From positions 1-64,000 of the forward strand of contig CAWEJX010000017.1 in assembly GCA_963809485.1 (NCBI GenBank): 64,000 nucleotides of DNA. The letters are read 5' to 3'. Positions 19,982-30,380 of this stretch are shown here, piece after piece. Within the stretch, counting starts at the first letter, position 1. Each line of letters opens with the position of its first letter. The position numbers and the translations under genes were made by a program. Below the pieces are notes generated by a model. That model searched no databases, was not told where the DNA came from, and worked only from the letters and a program-made list of their open reading frames with translations. This stretch comes from an uncultured Acidobacteriota bacterium (lineage in GTDB: Bacteria; Acidobacteriota; UBA6911).

Positions 19982-21253
19982 CTACTGCTTTCCCAGTTTC
20001 GCCGGCTGGCGGCTGTACTTCTGGAGGGCATGACAACCCGGTGTACAGCCGCCTCCGTTTTCGGCCTTCTCATATTTTATCGGGAGTTCCCAATTTCCAA
20101 ACGGCACGGTTGCCGCGATGTGCTTAGGGTTTGCGCTTGCATGAACCAGATGACACGAGCGACAGGTTCTCCCATGAGATGTCTTGTTGACGTGAACGAA
20201 ATGAAGATTACGATCGCCGTCACGAAATTCAGTGGCGCTTGTAGTGCGTTCTTCCGTCGCCAGCGCAGCATCGTGGCAGCGGAAACAAAGATCGAAATTT
20301 GAAATGAAGAAGGGAGCGTAAAATCCCTCCGGGTATTGGTTTGTCAATAGCCGGAAATAAGGGGAGCCGTGCGGATTGTGGCATGCGGAACAGTCCCGGT
20401 TTTGGATCGGGCCGTGAGGATACGGATTTGCCGCCAGCAGTTTCTTCATATCAGCGTATTCCTGTTTCTCATCCTTGACCGTCTTGTCGTGGCACTTCAA
20501 ACAGATATCCATTCCGTCAGCAAGGAGCAGTCCGCTTTCCTGCGACGCGTGCGGGTCGTGACAGTTCATACAGGCGGTCTCCTTTGTGACCGGGGAATGC
20601 TTGACCGCCGCTGTCTGCAGATCTCTGGCAATAGTCTCGATGACACTTGCCGCATAGTTCAGGAACTGCAGAAGTCAGCATGTATCGTTGCTCGGACATA
20701 TGCGGGGAATGGCAATCAAGGCAATTGCTGGCAGCAGCCTTGTGCCGGAATCTTGCATTCGCAAACCATGTGCTCATATCCTGGTGACATTTCAGACACA
20801 TCTGTGGACCCGTGATACGCAGCATTACGGGAACATTTCCACCATGCGGATCGTGGCAGGCAATACACGCCCCGGCGGCGAACGATCCATGGGCGAAGGT
20901 TCCCTTGAATTGATCCTTTTTGTGACATTTTAGAGCAAAGCGGTTCCGGTGCTTCCACAAGACGCGAGAGCCCTCCTTCCGCCGGGACCTGATGGCAAAA
21001 TTCGCACAGATCCTCTTTCGCAACCAGACAATTCACTTTTGACGGCGCCACGCGTGTATGGCAGTCGGTGCATTCCTTTCCCACGAACGGATCATGCGGC
21101 TTAACCGTCGGAATCGGTTGCTCAGGAGGCTTCTGCGTTCTGAGCGGAAAGGGGATCGCTTACACCGAAGAGCGCGATCAGTGAAATAAATGGGATTATT
21201 GCGCCTGCCAACCCAAAAATGTTTCTTTTATGGCAGCTGTAACCGCGCATCAT
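19982..21253 (-). CDS. Multiheme cytochrome c, about 13 motifs, three frameshifts
   Basis: ORFs 20716-21084, 20517-21023 and 19982-20569 carry consecutive CxxCH blocks ending in CTPGCH; signal-peptide-like start near 21250. Confidence 0.8.
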
Positions 21254-21407
21254 CCTTAGTTTGAATTTCAGAACTGAGACGTTTCGCATAGCAAAAGGGG
21301 ATGGCTCAAATGCCGCTTATATCATGACTGAATCCACAAAAGCGCTGCATATTTCCGCCCCGATTATTCACATCCTGCATTTTGGGGCCGCGAGGTTCCA
21401 TGCGATT

Positions 21408-22804
21408 CTATTGTGCACGGAGCTGCACCGGATTGACACGGTCATAGGCATACTCCCCGTGACATCCTGCAAGGCAGCTACCTCCGGTATTGCTTTTCTT
21501 AAACTCTAACGGAATCTCCCAATTCCCAAACTGCTCCTTATCTCGGATCAGCTTGGGTTGGTCACCGGCATGATCGGCGTGACAGGCTCGGCAGGTTTGC
21601 CCGCCTTTCTCCTTGTTTACATGAAGGTAATGCAAATTGAGCCTCCCGTTGCGAAAATCCGTATCCGAAGTCACATATCGTTCGCGCATGATTTTTTCCG
21701 AATGGCAGGAAAAGCAGAAGGCGTACTTGGCGGGGTCGTACGCAGAGGAAGTGCCGGACGGATAATCGGCGAAAAGCAGTTTGCTGTAGCTTGAGTCGTG
21801 CGGCACGTGGCAGGATAGGCAACTCTTGTCCGCCACAGGGCGATGTCTGAACTTTGCCGTCTCAACCTGATTCTGCAACTGGTCATGGCAGGGAAAACAC
21901 AGATCCGCTGCCGGTTTGCGGAGCAAGCCGCCAAACCTGTTGTCATGGGCTCGGTGGCACTCGGCGCAGGCCAATTCTTTTGTCATTGCGTCGTGCTTGA
22001 ACTCGCTCGATTCCATGTTTTCCTTAATTTCCTCGTGGCATCCGTCCAAGCACAGCTCACGCAGGGGACTTCGTCAGCAGCGATGGATAGTTGGAATCAT
22101 GGTCTCTGTGGCACTTGGTGCAATCTTCGGATGCCAGATGCACTTTCTGTTCCTTGCCAGCCCCACACTGCCGGACGCATTTTTTCGTGGCACTGCTGGA
22201 GGCAAAGCTTGCTTCCCGAGGCTTCGAGCAGGTTTGCAGCCTTGCTTCCGTGCGGTCGGTGACAGGACAGGCATTTACCCTCGGCAACAGGCTTATGTGC
22301 ATATTTCCTGGTCAGCACCGGCTTTTTATGATGGCACTCATTGCACAGCTTGATTGCGGGAGTCTTGACCATCCGGTAGGGTTCCTCCGATCCGTGCGGA
22401 TCATGGCACCCCAGGCACTTTCCCTTCGCCACTGGGTCGTGCAGTATGTATCCCTTGGTGTCCACGCCCTTGTGACATATTAGGCACAGCTTGGCTTCGG
22501 TTTCCATGAGTTTGAATTTGTGGTCGGTTCCGGGAAGCGGTGCGTGGCACACGGTGCATTGCCCTATTTTCAGCGGGCCGTGCAGATATTTATGTTTGAC
22601 GACCGGAGCATGGCATTCACTGGATACGCAACTCTTGGAGGGATCGGAATGCTTCTTTTCCTGGGCGAACGCATTGCTTGAAGAATTCAGGATTGCAAAA
22701 AGCAGGAGAACGGCCGTTCGGACAAGAAGCGCGAATGCGCCCATCCTGTACCCCGGCGCTAGAGCGCATCGGTTTCTGGAATGCCAATCCTTATTTTGAA
22801 ACAC
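21408..22804 (-). CDS. Multiheme cytochrome c, 11 CxxCH + 4 non-canonical motifs, frameshifted
   Basis: ORFs 22097-22867, 22057-22302 and 21408-22049 join; C-terminus is paralogous to 19982-20569 (FRxGxxNLHxxHVNK, FGNWE). Start is GTG 22804 or ATG 22744. Confidence 0.8.
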
Positions 22805-22817
22805 GAAAGTCAGTTCC

Positions 22818-24284
22818 TCACTTTTCTTTGTGCACCATGAAATCGAACAGGGGAGGTTTCTCTTCATCCAGCGCCAGGATGGTATGGCACAGCCGGCAAT
22901 CGGCGCGAACCGCTGTCCCTTCGGCGGTTACGTGATTATTCCCGTGGCAGCGCAGGCAGCCAGGGCTGGCAGCAGTATGGGTGTCAGTAGAATGACCGAT
23001 ATGGTTGACGTACGTCCCCCAGGTAATGTTCATCCGCGGCCAGACATTTCGGCTATAAATCTCCTGAACGTGCTCCGCGGCCTTCTCCAGCAACGCCGGA
23101 TCTGCCTTCTCTTCCGGGCGAGCTCTGTACCACTCCAAAAGTGCACGTCCGACTTCCTTGCGCTGGATCGCCGCCTCATCGAACCGCCGCGCCAGCACCT
23201 CTCCGGAAGCTTTCTTCAAATACGGGACTTGCTGAAGTTCCGGCCATAGATTTAACATGCCATCGATTTCCTCGTCGGCAGTGCGATAGACGTGCGTTGG
23301 GCGGTTGTGGCAGTCGACGCATTCAATCATCCTTTTGGGAGCGGCCGCAATCTCCTCGTCCGAAATATTGCTTCCGGTGAAGCGATACTCGACCGGCGGT
23401 TCAGTCCCCCTTACAAGACGCACCCATGGAATATCTTTGCGCTCACCTCTTTCGGACATGAACTCCACACGATTCCCTTTGCTCACATGCCAATGAATGC
23501 CTCCCTTCCTGGCCCCGACCACCTCCGGCCCTCCGATTTTCAGCAGCAGCGCCGTGTAGCGTTTGGTGTTGCTGCGATCACTGGCGTAGTGGGCGATGAT
23601 TTTCAATTTATCCCCCTCGAACTTGTCCGGCCAATGGCACTGCTCACACGTTTCACGGGAGGGCCTCAGGTGTTCGACCGGAGTTGGAATCGGCCGGCTG
23701 TAGGTTTTTGCCGTTACCGCGTAGACCTGGCGCAGCCCGGATATTTTGGAGCGCACGAACCAGGACGCGCCGGGACCGATGTGGCAGTCGACGCACGCCA
23801 CGCGCGCGTGCGGCGACCGTTGGTACAATACGTACTCCGGTTCCATCACCTTGTGGCAAAGAAGCCCACAGAAACTGGGAGAGTCCATATATTCGAATCC
23901 GGCCATCACGATGACCAGCGTAAGCACCACGTTAGCAATACTGAACAGGATGAAGACGATTATGCGATTACGAACATCCTGTTCGCCCGAGAGCTGCTTC
24001 AGGATTTCTCCGAGAGATTTACTCCTCAGGCTCGGGTCCGCGATGCACGCCTTTTTGAACGCGAGATAGATACCTGTCGGAATGAGGGCCAGGCCGCCGA
24101 AAAAAGAGGCAGGCACAAGGATAAGGAAGATAATTCCAGCGTAGGCGCTATCCGCACGAGTAAATATTGTTGCACCGGTGTAGCTGATAGCCGATATGGT
24201 CCCGAAGGTGACCATGTAGCCACCCAATTTAGCGATGGGATGGCAAGTGATGAGCCCGACAAGCAGCCGGTACCAACGCCACAT
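22818..24284 (-). CDS. ImcH-like NapC/NirT-family inner-membrane multiheme quinol oxidase
   Basis: Three N-terminal TM helices, FCGLLCH..MEPE..SPHARVACVDCH, SKISG, LRPSRETCEQCHWP and GIHWH; 6 heme motifs in total. Confidence 0.85.
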   Translation of the reverse strand: MWRWYRLLVGLITCHPIAKLGGYMVTFGTISAISYTGATIFTRADSAYAGIIFLILVPASFFGGLALIPTGIYLAFKKACIADPSLRSKSLGEILKQLSGEQDVRNRIIVFILFSIANVVLTLVIVMAGFEYMDSPSFCGLLCHKVMEPEYVLYQRSPHARVACVDCHIGPGASWFVRSKISGLRQVYAVTAKTYSRPIPTPVEHLRPSRETCEQCHWPDKFEGDKLKIIAHYASDRSNTKRYTALLLKIGGPEVVGARKGGIHWHVSKGNRVEFMSERGERKDIPWVRLVRGTEPPVEYRFTGSNISDEEIAAAPKRMIECVDCHNRPTHVYRTADEEIDGMLNLWPELQQVPYLKKASGEVLARRFDEAAIQRKEVGRALLEWYRARPEEKADPALLEKAAEHVQEIYSRNVWPRMNITWGTYVNHIGHSTDTHTAASPGCLRCHGNNHVTAEGTAVRADCRLCHTILALDEEKPPLFDFMVHKEK

Positions 24285-24523
24285 GGAGTTCTCCTTTTAG
24301 ATCAAATCGTGCCTGCACGCCTCTTTGCATTTCGGCAGCAAGCTGGTAAAGCCGTCTCGGGCTCAATTGATCAGCGGTTTGCCGGAAAGACGGGCAAACG
24401 ATGCATATGCTCGGATCGCACTTCTAGCCTTCTGTATGATTCATTTATTTCAACATGCCTGGAAGAGCACCAAATTCCAGTCCGTTCATAATCATGCACT
24501 TTCACGGGATTCACACCCCAGCC

Positions 24524-26668
24524 TCACTTTTGCGGCGCGGCAACGGCGGGGCGCTGCCGCGAGCGCTGCCATTGGATCCAGCGCTCGCGGTCAGGTCCAA
24601 AATCTTCGCCTGTAAGTTGCTTGAGCGCCCACGACGCCTCAACGCGCACAATTTCGCGTCTGTCCCCTAGAGCCGCAACTAGCAATCCCACCGAACCGGG
24701 GTCCCTCATTTTCCCAAGGACTCGTATCGCTGCCAATCGAACGTCCTGATTCGGATCCTCCAAAGCGGCGCCGACAGGACCAACGACGCGTGCATCTTCG
24801 GTCTGACCCAATGCCTGAATCACCATCCGTCGGATGTTAGAATCCTTATCCTTTAAGGCGGCAATGAGAGGGACCACGATTCGCGGGTCGCTGAACTGAC
24901 TCAATGTCTGGACTGCGCCGGCCCGGACGGAGGGCGCCGGATTCCTCAAGGCGGCCTCGAGGAGATCGATAACCTGCGGATCTTTGATGCGCTTCAATGT
25001 CCGAAGCGCGCTGTCCCGGACCCGGGCATTATCATCATTCAGGGCCGACATCAGGGGTGCCAGAACTTGTGGATCGTTAATATCCCCAAAAGCCAGGACA
25101 ACGGCTTCGCGAATATCGGGATCGGGGTCTTTCTGAATGGCAATCAGAGGCTTAATCGCGCGCCGATTTTTGATCTGCCCCAGTGTCTGAATCACTGTCT
25201 TCCGTGTATCGGGATTATTTCCTTTCAATAACAAAACGAGCGGTTCGACGGCTCGCTCGTCCCTGATCTGCCCCAAAGCCTTTATGGCGCCTTCCTGTCT
25301 GCGCCCTCCGCTATCTTTCAGCGCAGCGATCAGGAGATCGATGACGCGTCTATCCTTGACAGTCCCCAGAGCCAGAATTGCACCATCGCGTATTTGTGCA
25401 TCCTCATCATCCAGAATCGGTATGAGGGCCTCTGCAATGCGCGGGTCTTTGACAGGAGGCAATGATTGAACGATCCTCTTTTTCGAACCGGCATCCTCTT
25501 TTTTCAAAGCTGTGACGATGGGTTCCACGGCAGGCTCGCCCATCCTGGCAAGCGTTTCGGCAGCTTCTTCCGCAGGAGAGACCGTGATTGTCAGGCTCGG
25601 CTCCCCGGCATACACATAAACCTTTTTATCGATTCTTGGATCACTAAGCGTTTCGAGGAGAGCCAATATAGCTCCCTGTGCCGATGAACCTGCTTTTCTC
25701 AATTGCATAGCCGCGTCTGCTTCCAAACTCGCATCGCCGCTCCGGAGTTTTATAATCTGCTCCTGTACAGGCGCGGCCGATGCCTTCTCCCACTCGATCA
25801 GCTGCTTCTTTAGCTGCGCCGCATTCCTAAACAGGGATTCGTCCCCGAAGGATTTGTTTTCGGGCGTATCCTTAACCTCCAATATTCTCGTGCCAAGCAC
25901 ACGTACATCCGATTCTTTAATCAGACTACCCGATTCTTTAATATGCGCCAGCGCGTTGGCGGTGCGGCTGCGGACGTTACTGTTTGGATCTTGAAGCAGA
26001 GCGTTGAGCGGACCTATCGCCCGCGCATCTTTGATTTTTCCCAGTGCTCCTGCCGCCTCCATACGAGCGTTGTCATTCCGGCTCCCTAACGCGGCAATAA
26101 GGGGATCCACAGCTGCCGTGCCCAGCTTCACCAATGCATCGGCGGCCAGCTTTTGGAGCAAAGGATTGGAGTCATTTAAGGCGGCAATGAGTGGATCGAT
26201 GGCGCGCGCATCCTTGAATTCGCCCAGGGCATCCACAGCCCCATAGCTGACGACAGAATCTTTGACCTCGAGGACCGCAATCAGAGGATCCACCGCACGT
26301 GGATCCCGTAAGCGCGTTAGAGCGACAGTTGCTCGAATGCCAACAATCGTATCTTCATCCTTCAAGGCTGCTATGAGGGGATCCACCGCGCGCAGATCCT
26401 GGATTCGTCCTAAAATGGCCGCCGCTTCTCGACGCGCGTTCACGTTCTGGCTCTTCAGCGTCTCAATCAGAGGATCTACGGCAGCCGGACCAAGCTTCAG
26501 CAATGAATTGACCGCTTCCGCCCGGACGTTGCGACTATCGTCTTTCAGCGTCTCCATCAACCTGGTCATTGGACTTTCCTGGCTGTACCCTGTGCGTCCC
26601 CCTCCATCATGCGAATATGAGCATAGAAGCATCAGACACAAAATCGGAAAGTGCATTCGCGATTTCAT
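24524..26668 (-). CDS. HEAT/PBS-lyase repeat protein, possibly exported
   Basis: Many DPRAVDPLIAALKD..VR..AA.ALG repeats; hydrophobic N-terminus. Confidence 0.88.
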   Translation of the reverse strand: MKSRMHFPILCLMLLCSYSHDGGGRTGYSQESPMTRLMETLKDDSRNVRAEAVNSLLKLGPAAVDPLIETLKSQNVNARREAAAILGRIQDLRAVDPLIAALKDEDTIVGIRATVALTRLRDPRAVDPLIAVLEVKDSVVSYGAVDALGEFKDARAIDPLIAALNDSNPLLQKLAADALVKLGTAAVDPLIAALGSRNDNARMEAAGALGKIKDARAIGPLNALLQDPNSNVRSRTANALAHIKESGSLIKESDVRVLGTRILEVKDTPENKSFGDESLFRNAAQLKKQLIEWEKASAAPVQEQIIKLRSGDASLEADAAMQLRKAGSSAQGAILALLETLSDPRIDKKVYVYAGEPSLTITVSPAEEAAETLARMGEPAVEPIVTALKKEDAGSKKRIVQSLPPVKDPRIAEALIPILDDEDAQIRDGAILALGTVKDRRVIDLLIAALKDSGGRRQEGAIKALGQIRDERAVEPLVLLLKGNNPDTRKTVIQTLGQIKNRRAIKPLIAIQKDPDPDIREAVVLAFGDINDPQVLAPLMSALNDDNARVRDSALRTLKRIKDPQVIDLLEAALRNPAPSVRAGAVQTLSQFSDPRIVVPLIAALKDKDSNIRRMVIQALGQTEDARVVGPVGAALEDPNQDVRLAAIRVLGKMRDPGSVGLLVAALGDRREIVRVEASWALKQLTGEDFGPDRERWIQWQRSRQRPAVAAPQK

Positions 26669-27046
26669 TTTTTTATGACAACACAGGAACGGCGCTGAGC
26701 CGGTCAGAGGTTTATGCAAAATCATGGGGTAATCAGAAAATTGGTCGTGCGGTCATGACCGGTCCGCATTCCATCGAGCCGTCGAAGTACGGCCGCACGG
26801 AATCAAGGGGAAGCGGGGGGCTGACGAGACAGTGTGAACATGTTGCTGAAGGACTTCCCTGAAGCCCCTCGTGATAGGAGATGGATACCGGATGGTCGCT
26901 GGAGAGGCCCATTTCAAGATCATTTTTCGTCCCTGCAGCCATTTTAGTATCGCTCCTTCCGCCGTAGGTGCCAATAGTGGCAGTCCCGTCGCGGTATAAC
27001 AGGAAGCCTTTTGACCCACACCGTTCGGCTAGCCGGGCCCTTCAAG
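26666..27046 (-). pseudogene. Decayed omcE-like cytochrome gene
   Basis: Translates as PG*PNG..SKGFLLYRDGT..LSSDHPVSISY..FDGSMECG(shift)HD..GSAPFLCCHKK, matching OmcE-type SxxCLSCHDG / LSNDHPV / ECxxCHxxH / GSALCxxCHKK. Confidence 0.72.
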
Positions 27047-27219
27047 CAGACCAACGCTATAGGCTTCCGCTATAGCCTTGATTAAACAATCAGCATGACC
27101 CAATCGTCAAATGATAAATATTTTGGTTTCAAGCGCTTTTTATGCGGAATTCTAATAGTCCGATACAGAGAGGAACTCCAACACTGGAACGCCGCTCCCT
27201 TTTTGCCGCAGCCCGGCAT

Positions 27220-27624
27220 GGGTTGTAGATCTGCGCTCGATCGAACCCTTTATTGCCGCTCTCAAGGATTAAGATTCGGCAGTCAGCCAAAGAGCGCGGA
27301 TGCGTTGGAGGATATCAAGGATCGGTGTGCGGTTGCCCCCCCATATCGCCGCCCTGAAAAATGAGGATTATATCTTCTGCGCAAGGGCGGCGGATGCCTT
27401 GGGGAGCATTAAAGAAACACCCCGTATACAGCCCTGCGGACAAACCCGAGCTCATCTGCCTTACGTGCCATTATCCATATTCCGAATCCTCCGGCATGAA
27501 GGCTCGGGTGAAAGATTACGGGTCGCTGTGCTTCAGTTGTCACAAAAGGCAGATCGTCAGACCGTATTCTGATCGCAACCCCCTCGCTGAGAACCGTGAG
27601 AACTATCCGCTCCATTACGGCTAG
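27220..27624 (+). pseudogene. Decayed HEAT repeat followed by a diheme cytochrome tail
   Basis: EPFIAALKD*, IAALKNED..ARAADALGSIK, then shifted frame HPVY..ELICLTCH..SLCFSCHK. Confidence 0.6.
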
Positions 27625-27766
27625 GAAGTTTCGAAAACATATATTTATTCTTTGACACCTCGCCCTAGTAAGTTTCTGTCGCGAACACGGTTTTTACGAG
27701 CAAACCGGCTTTTATAACGGTCAATAGGATATTTGATATTACATAGAAGCCGGAAATGGGAGCCGG

Positions 27767-27944
27767 GCCGCGTAGCGGCCAGCTGAATTTAGCCCGGCCT
27801 TTTAGGGCCTGGATCTAAAGGGATTAGGTTTTCCGTCGCGTAGCGACGGTTGAATTTCAGGCGTCGCTACGCGACGCACTGTTCCCAATACCATGGCTCC
27901 CGGCCTTGAAAGGCCGGGCTAAAATCATAGTGCCGCTGCGCGGC
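27767..27944. repeat. REP/REPIN-like nested palindromic element
   Basis: Perfect 15-bp inverted repeat CGTCGCGTAGCGACG at 27834-27848 and 27862-27876, inside imperfect outer arms; GTAG tetranucleotides present. Confidence 0.75.
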
Positions 27945-28092
27945 GCAAACCAGTTTTGCGACAGAAACCAATTAATACTTTATTATGCCTACGTTGTGGT
28001 ACATACATAATCTGATCAATGCCTTTACATGTGTCCGTAACGTCGGGATCGGCCCCGGCAGGGGGAAGCGACGCCGGAAGCATGTCAGGAGA

Positions 28093-28111
28093 AGCCACAT
28101 TGTGGTATAGT
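28093..28111 (+). promoter_or_regulatory. Imperfect operator overlapping an extended -10 of the XRE regulator
   Basis: AGCCAC-ATT-GTGGTA (10/12 arm match) overlaps TGgTATAGT at 28103-28111; a weaker copy lies at 27987-28001. Confidence 0.5.
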
Positions 28112-28139
28112 GGCGGCCTACATGGACAGGGGCTAAAGG

Positions 28140-28559
28140 ATGAATAGGCGGGAATTCGTGAAGATTCGGCATCATCTGGGAAAGACACAGGTGCAGTTGG
28201 CGCGCTTGCTGGGAGTGTCGGTTAAAGCAATCCAGAGCTGTGAGCAGGGTTGGAGGAGAATTCCATTGCATTCAGAACGCCAGTTGCTGCTTCTGCTGGC
28301 GCTGAATCACTCTCGTGCCGGCAAAAACAGCCCCTGTTGGTTAAAAAAGGGCTGTCCCGTTGAAAACAGAGAGAATTGCCCGGCTTGGGAATTCGGCGCC
28401 GGACAATTGTGCTGGTTCATCAATGGCACGATTTGTGAGGGGGTTGTGCGGACGAGTTGGCAAAAAAAGATGCAGTTTTGTCGAAAATGCGAGGTTTTTG
28501 CTTCTATCCTTTCCATCTCCAATTCAAACCATTCTCGAAAACGTTTACGGCAGGACTGA
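28140..28559 (+). CDS. XRE-family HTH regulator with Cys-rich two-CW domain
   Basis: IRHHLGKTQVQLARLLGVSVKAIQSCEQG helix-turn-helix; CW..C..CPAW..CW..GTIC..C..C tail. Confidence 0.88.
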   Translation: MNRREFVKIRHHLGKTQVQLARLLGVSVKAIQSCEQGWRRIPLHSERQLLLLLALNHSRAGKNSPCWLKKGCPVENRENCPAWEFGAGQLCWFINGTICEGVVRTSWQKKMQFCRKCEVFASILSISNSNHSRKRLRQD

Positions 28560-28844
28560 GGCGTGAAACGGAAAGGACGTAGGGATAAAGTCTCTTGTTG
28601 GCGAAATCCTAAGACCCATTCGAGGACCAAAGGGTTCTATTCATCAGGCTTTTTATATGATGGACCTTGCCTTCGTTATCAGACGCATCTCAGTCCTCCA
28701 TCGGTTCAGCTTGAGGCCATTCGGAGTGAGTCCTGTCGGCGCCGTCCACGCACTGCAAACAGCCCCACAGGCTCTGACTAAAAACAGCGCACAAACCAGG
28801 TCTGGAACTCCCCGAACACGCTGCAGGCAACTTCGGGGCCAACC

Positions 28845-30233
28845 CTACTGGAAGCGGACCGAGCCCAGTATCTGGTCAAAAGCACGCTGATAATTGTCGA
28901 ATTCCTGCTCCGGAGCCACAAAGATGAAGTATACCAATCCCTCAGGGCGCAGAACCGTAACCAGCCAATCCCCTTCGCGTCCGCCCAGCGGAGAATCATT
29001 GGTGAAGAGTATCGACAATGCCGACTGGCCCCCAACCCGGATGGTGCCGTTGTCCTTGTATTTCCGCATGGCTGAATTTGAGCGCTGCAGGACTTCTATG
29101 AGCTGATCCGTGGCTTCTTGAAGCCCGATGGATCCCGATCGCCGGCTGCCTTGCGGAGTGAACACGGCCATCATGGCGCCATAGGCAAGGGCGTTCATAT
29201 CGCCCGTTACCACGATGCCCCCGTCGGGAGCCAGCGTGAACGCCTGCTCCTCCACATAGGATTGCCAGTTGTCCGGGTGACTCAGCCGCATGTTGCCCGA
29301 CTCAAGGTTCTTATACCGGCTGGAGGGGCTGGCAGGCCGCCTGATGGTTCCAGTGGTCTGCCTTTGAGCCTCCGCAGCAGCAGCCTTTGGAGCGGCAGGA
29401 AGGGATTTCACCAGCCGCTGAATGTTGCGGAAATCCCTGGAATCGCTGTAGGCATCGGCTGAAATTACCCCCAGCCTTCCGATTTCCGCGTTGATGTTCT
29501 GTATGCGGTTATCCGGATTCGGGTGGCTGCTGAAAAAATCCGTACCTCTCCCGCCACCCAATTTTTCAAAGAATTCGGCCACATACCGCGGATTATACCC
29601 CGTATCATAAAGAATCTGCGCCCCCATCAAATCCGCTTGCCGTTCGTCGTCCCGGGAATACTTCAGAAGAACCGAATTGAGGGCAAAGCCGGTGCCGATC
29701 TGCGCAAGGATTGCGCCTACGGAATTATTCCCCAGGAATCCGCCCAGGATCGCCAGCGGAGCCTGTGCCAGGTATTGCTTGCTGGCCTGATTTGTCCCGT
29801 GCCGCAGGGCGACGTGCCCGATTTCATGGCCGATGACGCCGGCCAGTTCAGCTTCATTGTCCGCAGCTTCGATGGTCCCGCGATTGATATAGAGGAAACC
29901 TCCGGGCAGGGCGAATGCATTGATGGTGGAATCGTTGACGCATTTGAACTGATAAGGAAATTTTTCGCCCGGCGCTTTGGCAGCCAGCCTTTTCCCCAGC
30001 CTGTTCAGATAATCGTCCACCTGCCGGTTGTTGAGCATGGGCAGCTGATTTTCCGCATCCTGGGCGACCTTCTGTCCCAGTTCGACGTCCTGCTGGGGCG
30101 AAAAGAAATTCATGCCCGGTTTCAGCGGAGTACGCTGGGAAAAAATCATTGGCGCCGATGCGAAGACCAGCGCGAAGACCAGCGCAATCCTGCCAAAACT
30201 AATCCGACCTGCCGCTCTCAGAGCATTTCGCAT
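28845..30233 (-). CDS. M48-family zinc metallopeptidase
   Basis: Signal peptide, NAFALPGG, ELAGVIGHEIGH (HExxH), YSRDDERQAD and SSHP. Confidence 0.93.
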   Translation of the reverse strand: MRNALRAAGRISFGRIALVFALVFASAPMIFSQRTPLKPGMNFFSPQQDVELGQKVAQDAENQLPMLNNRQVDDYLNRLGKRLAAKAPGEKFPYQFKCVNDSTINAFALPGGFLYINRGTIEAADNEAELAGVIGHEIGHVALRHGTNQASKQYLAQAPLAILGGFLGNNSVGAILAQIGTGFALNSVLLKYSRDDERQADLMGAQILYDTGYNPRYVAEFFEKLGGGRGTDFFSSHPNPDNRIQNINAEIGRLGVISADAYSDSRDFRNIQRLVKSLPAAPKAAAAEAQRQTTGTIRRPASPSSRYKNLESGNMRLSHPDNWQSYVEEQAFTLAPDGGIVVTGDMNALAYGAMMAVFTPQGSRRSGSIGLQEATDQLIEVLQRSNSAMRKYKDNGTIRVGGQSALSILFTNDSPLGGREGDWLVTVLRPEGLVYFIFVAPEQEFDNYQRAFDQILGSVRFQ

Positions 30234-30380
30234 TTCGTCACCTCCGATTGCATAAGTCTAAAGGAAATATCCGTCCGCATCCACTCCGCCGATAGCTTTT
30301 ACCCGGATCTTGCGGAATTTCCCCAGGATTGCACCTTCCCGAGCAATCGTCCCCGTTCAAAACCGTATCAAAAAATGCTT

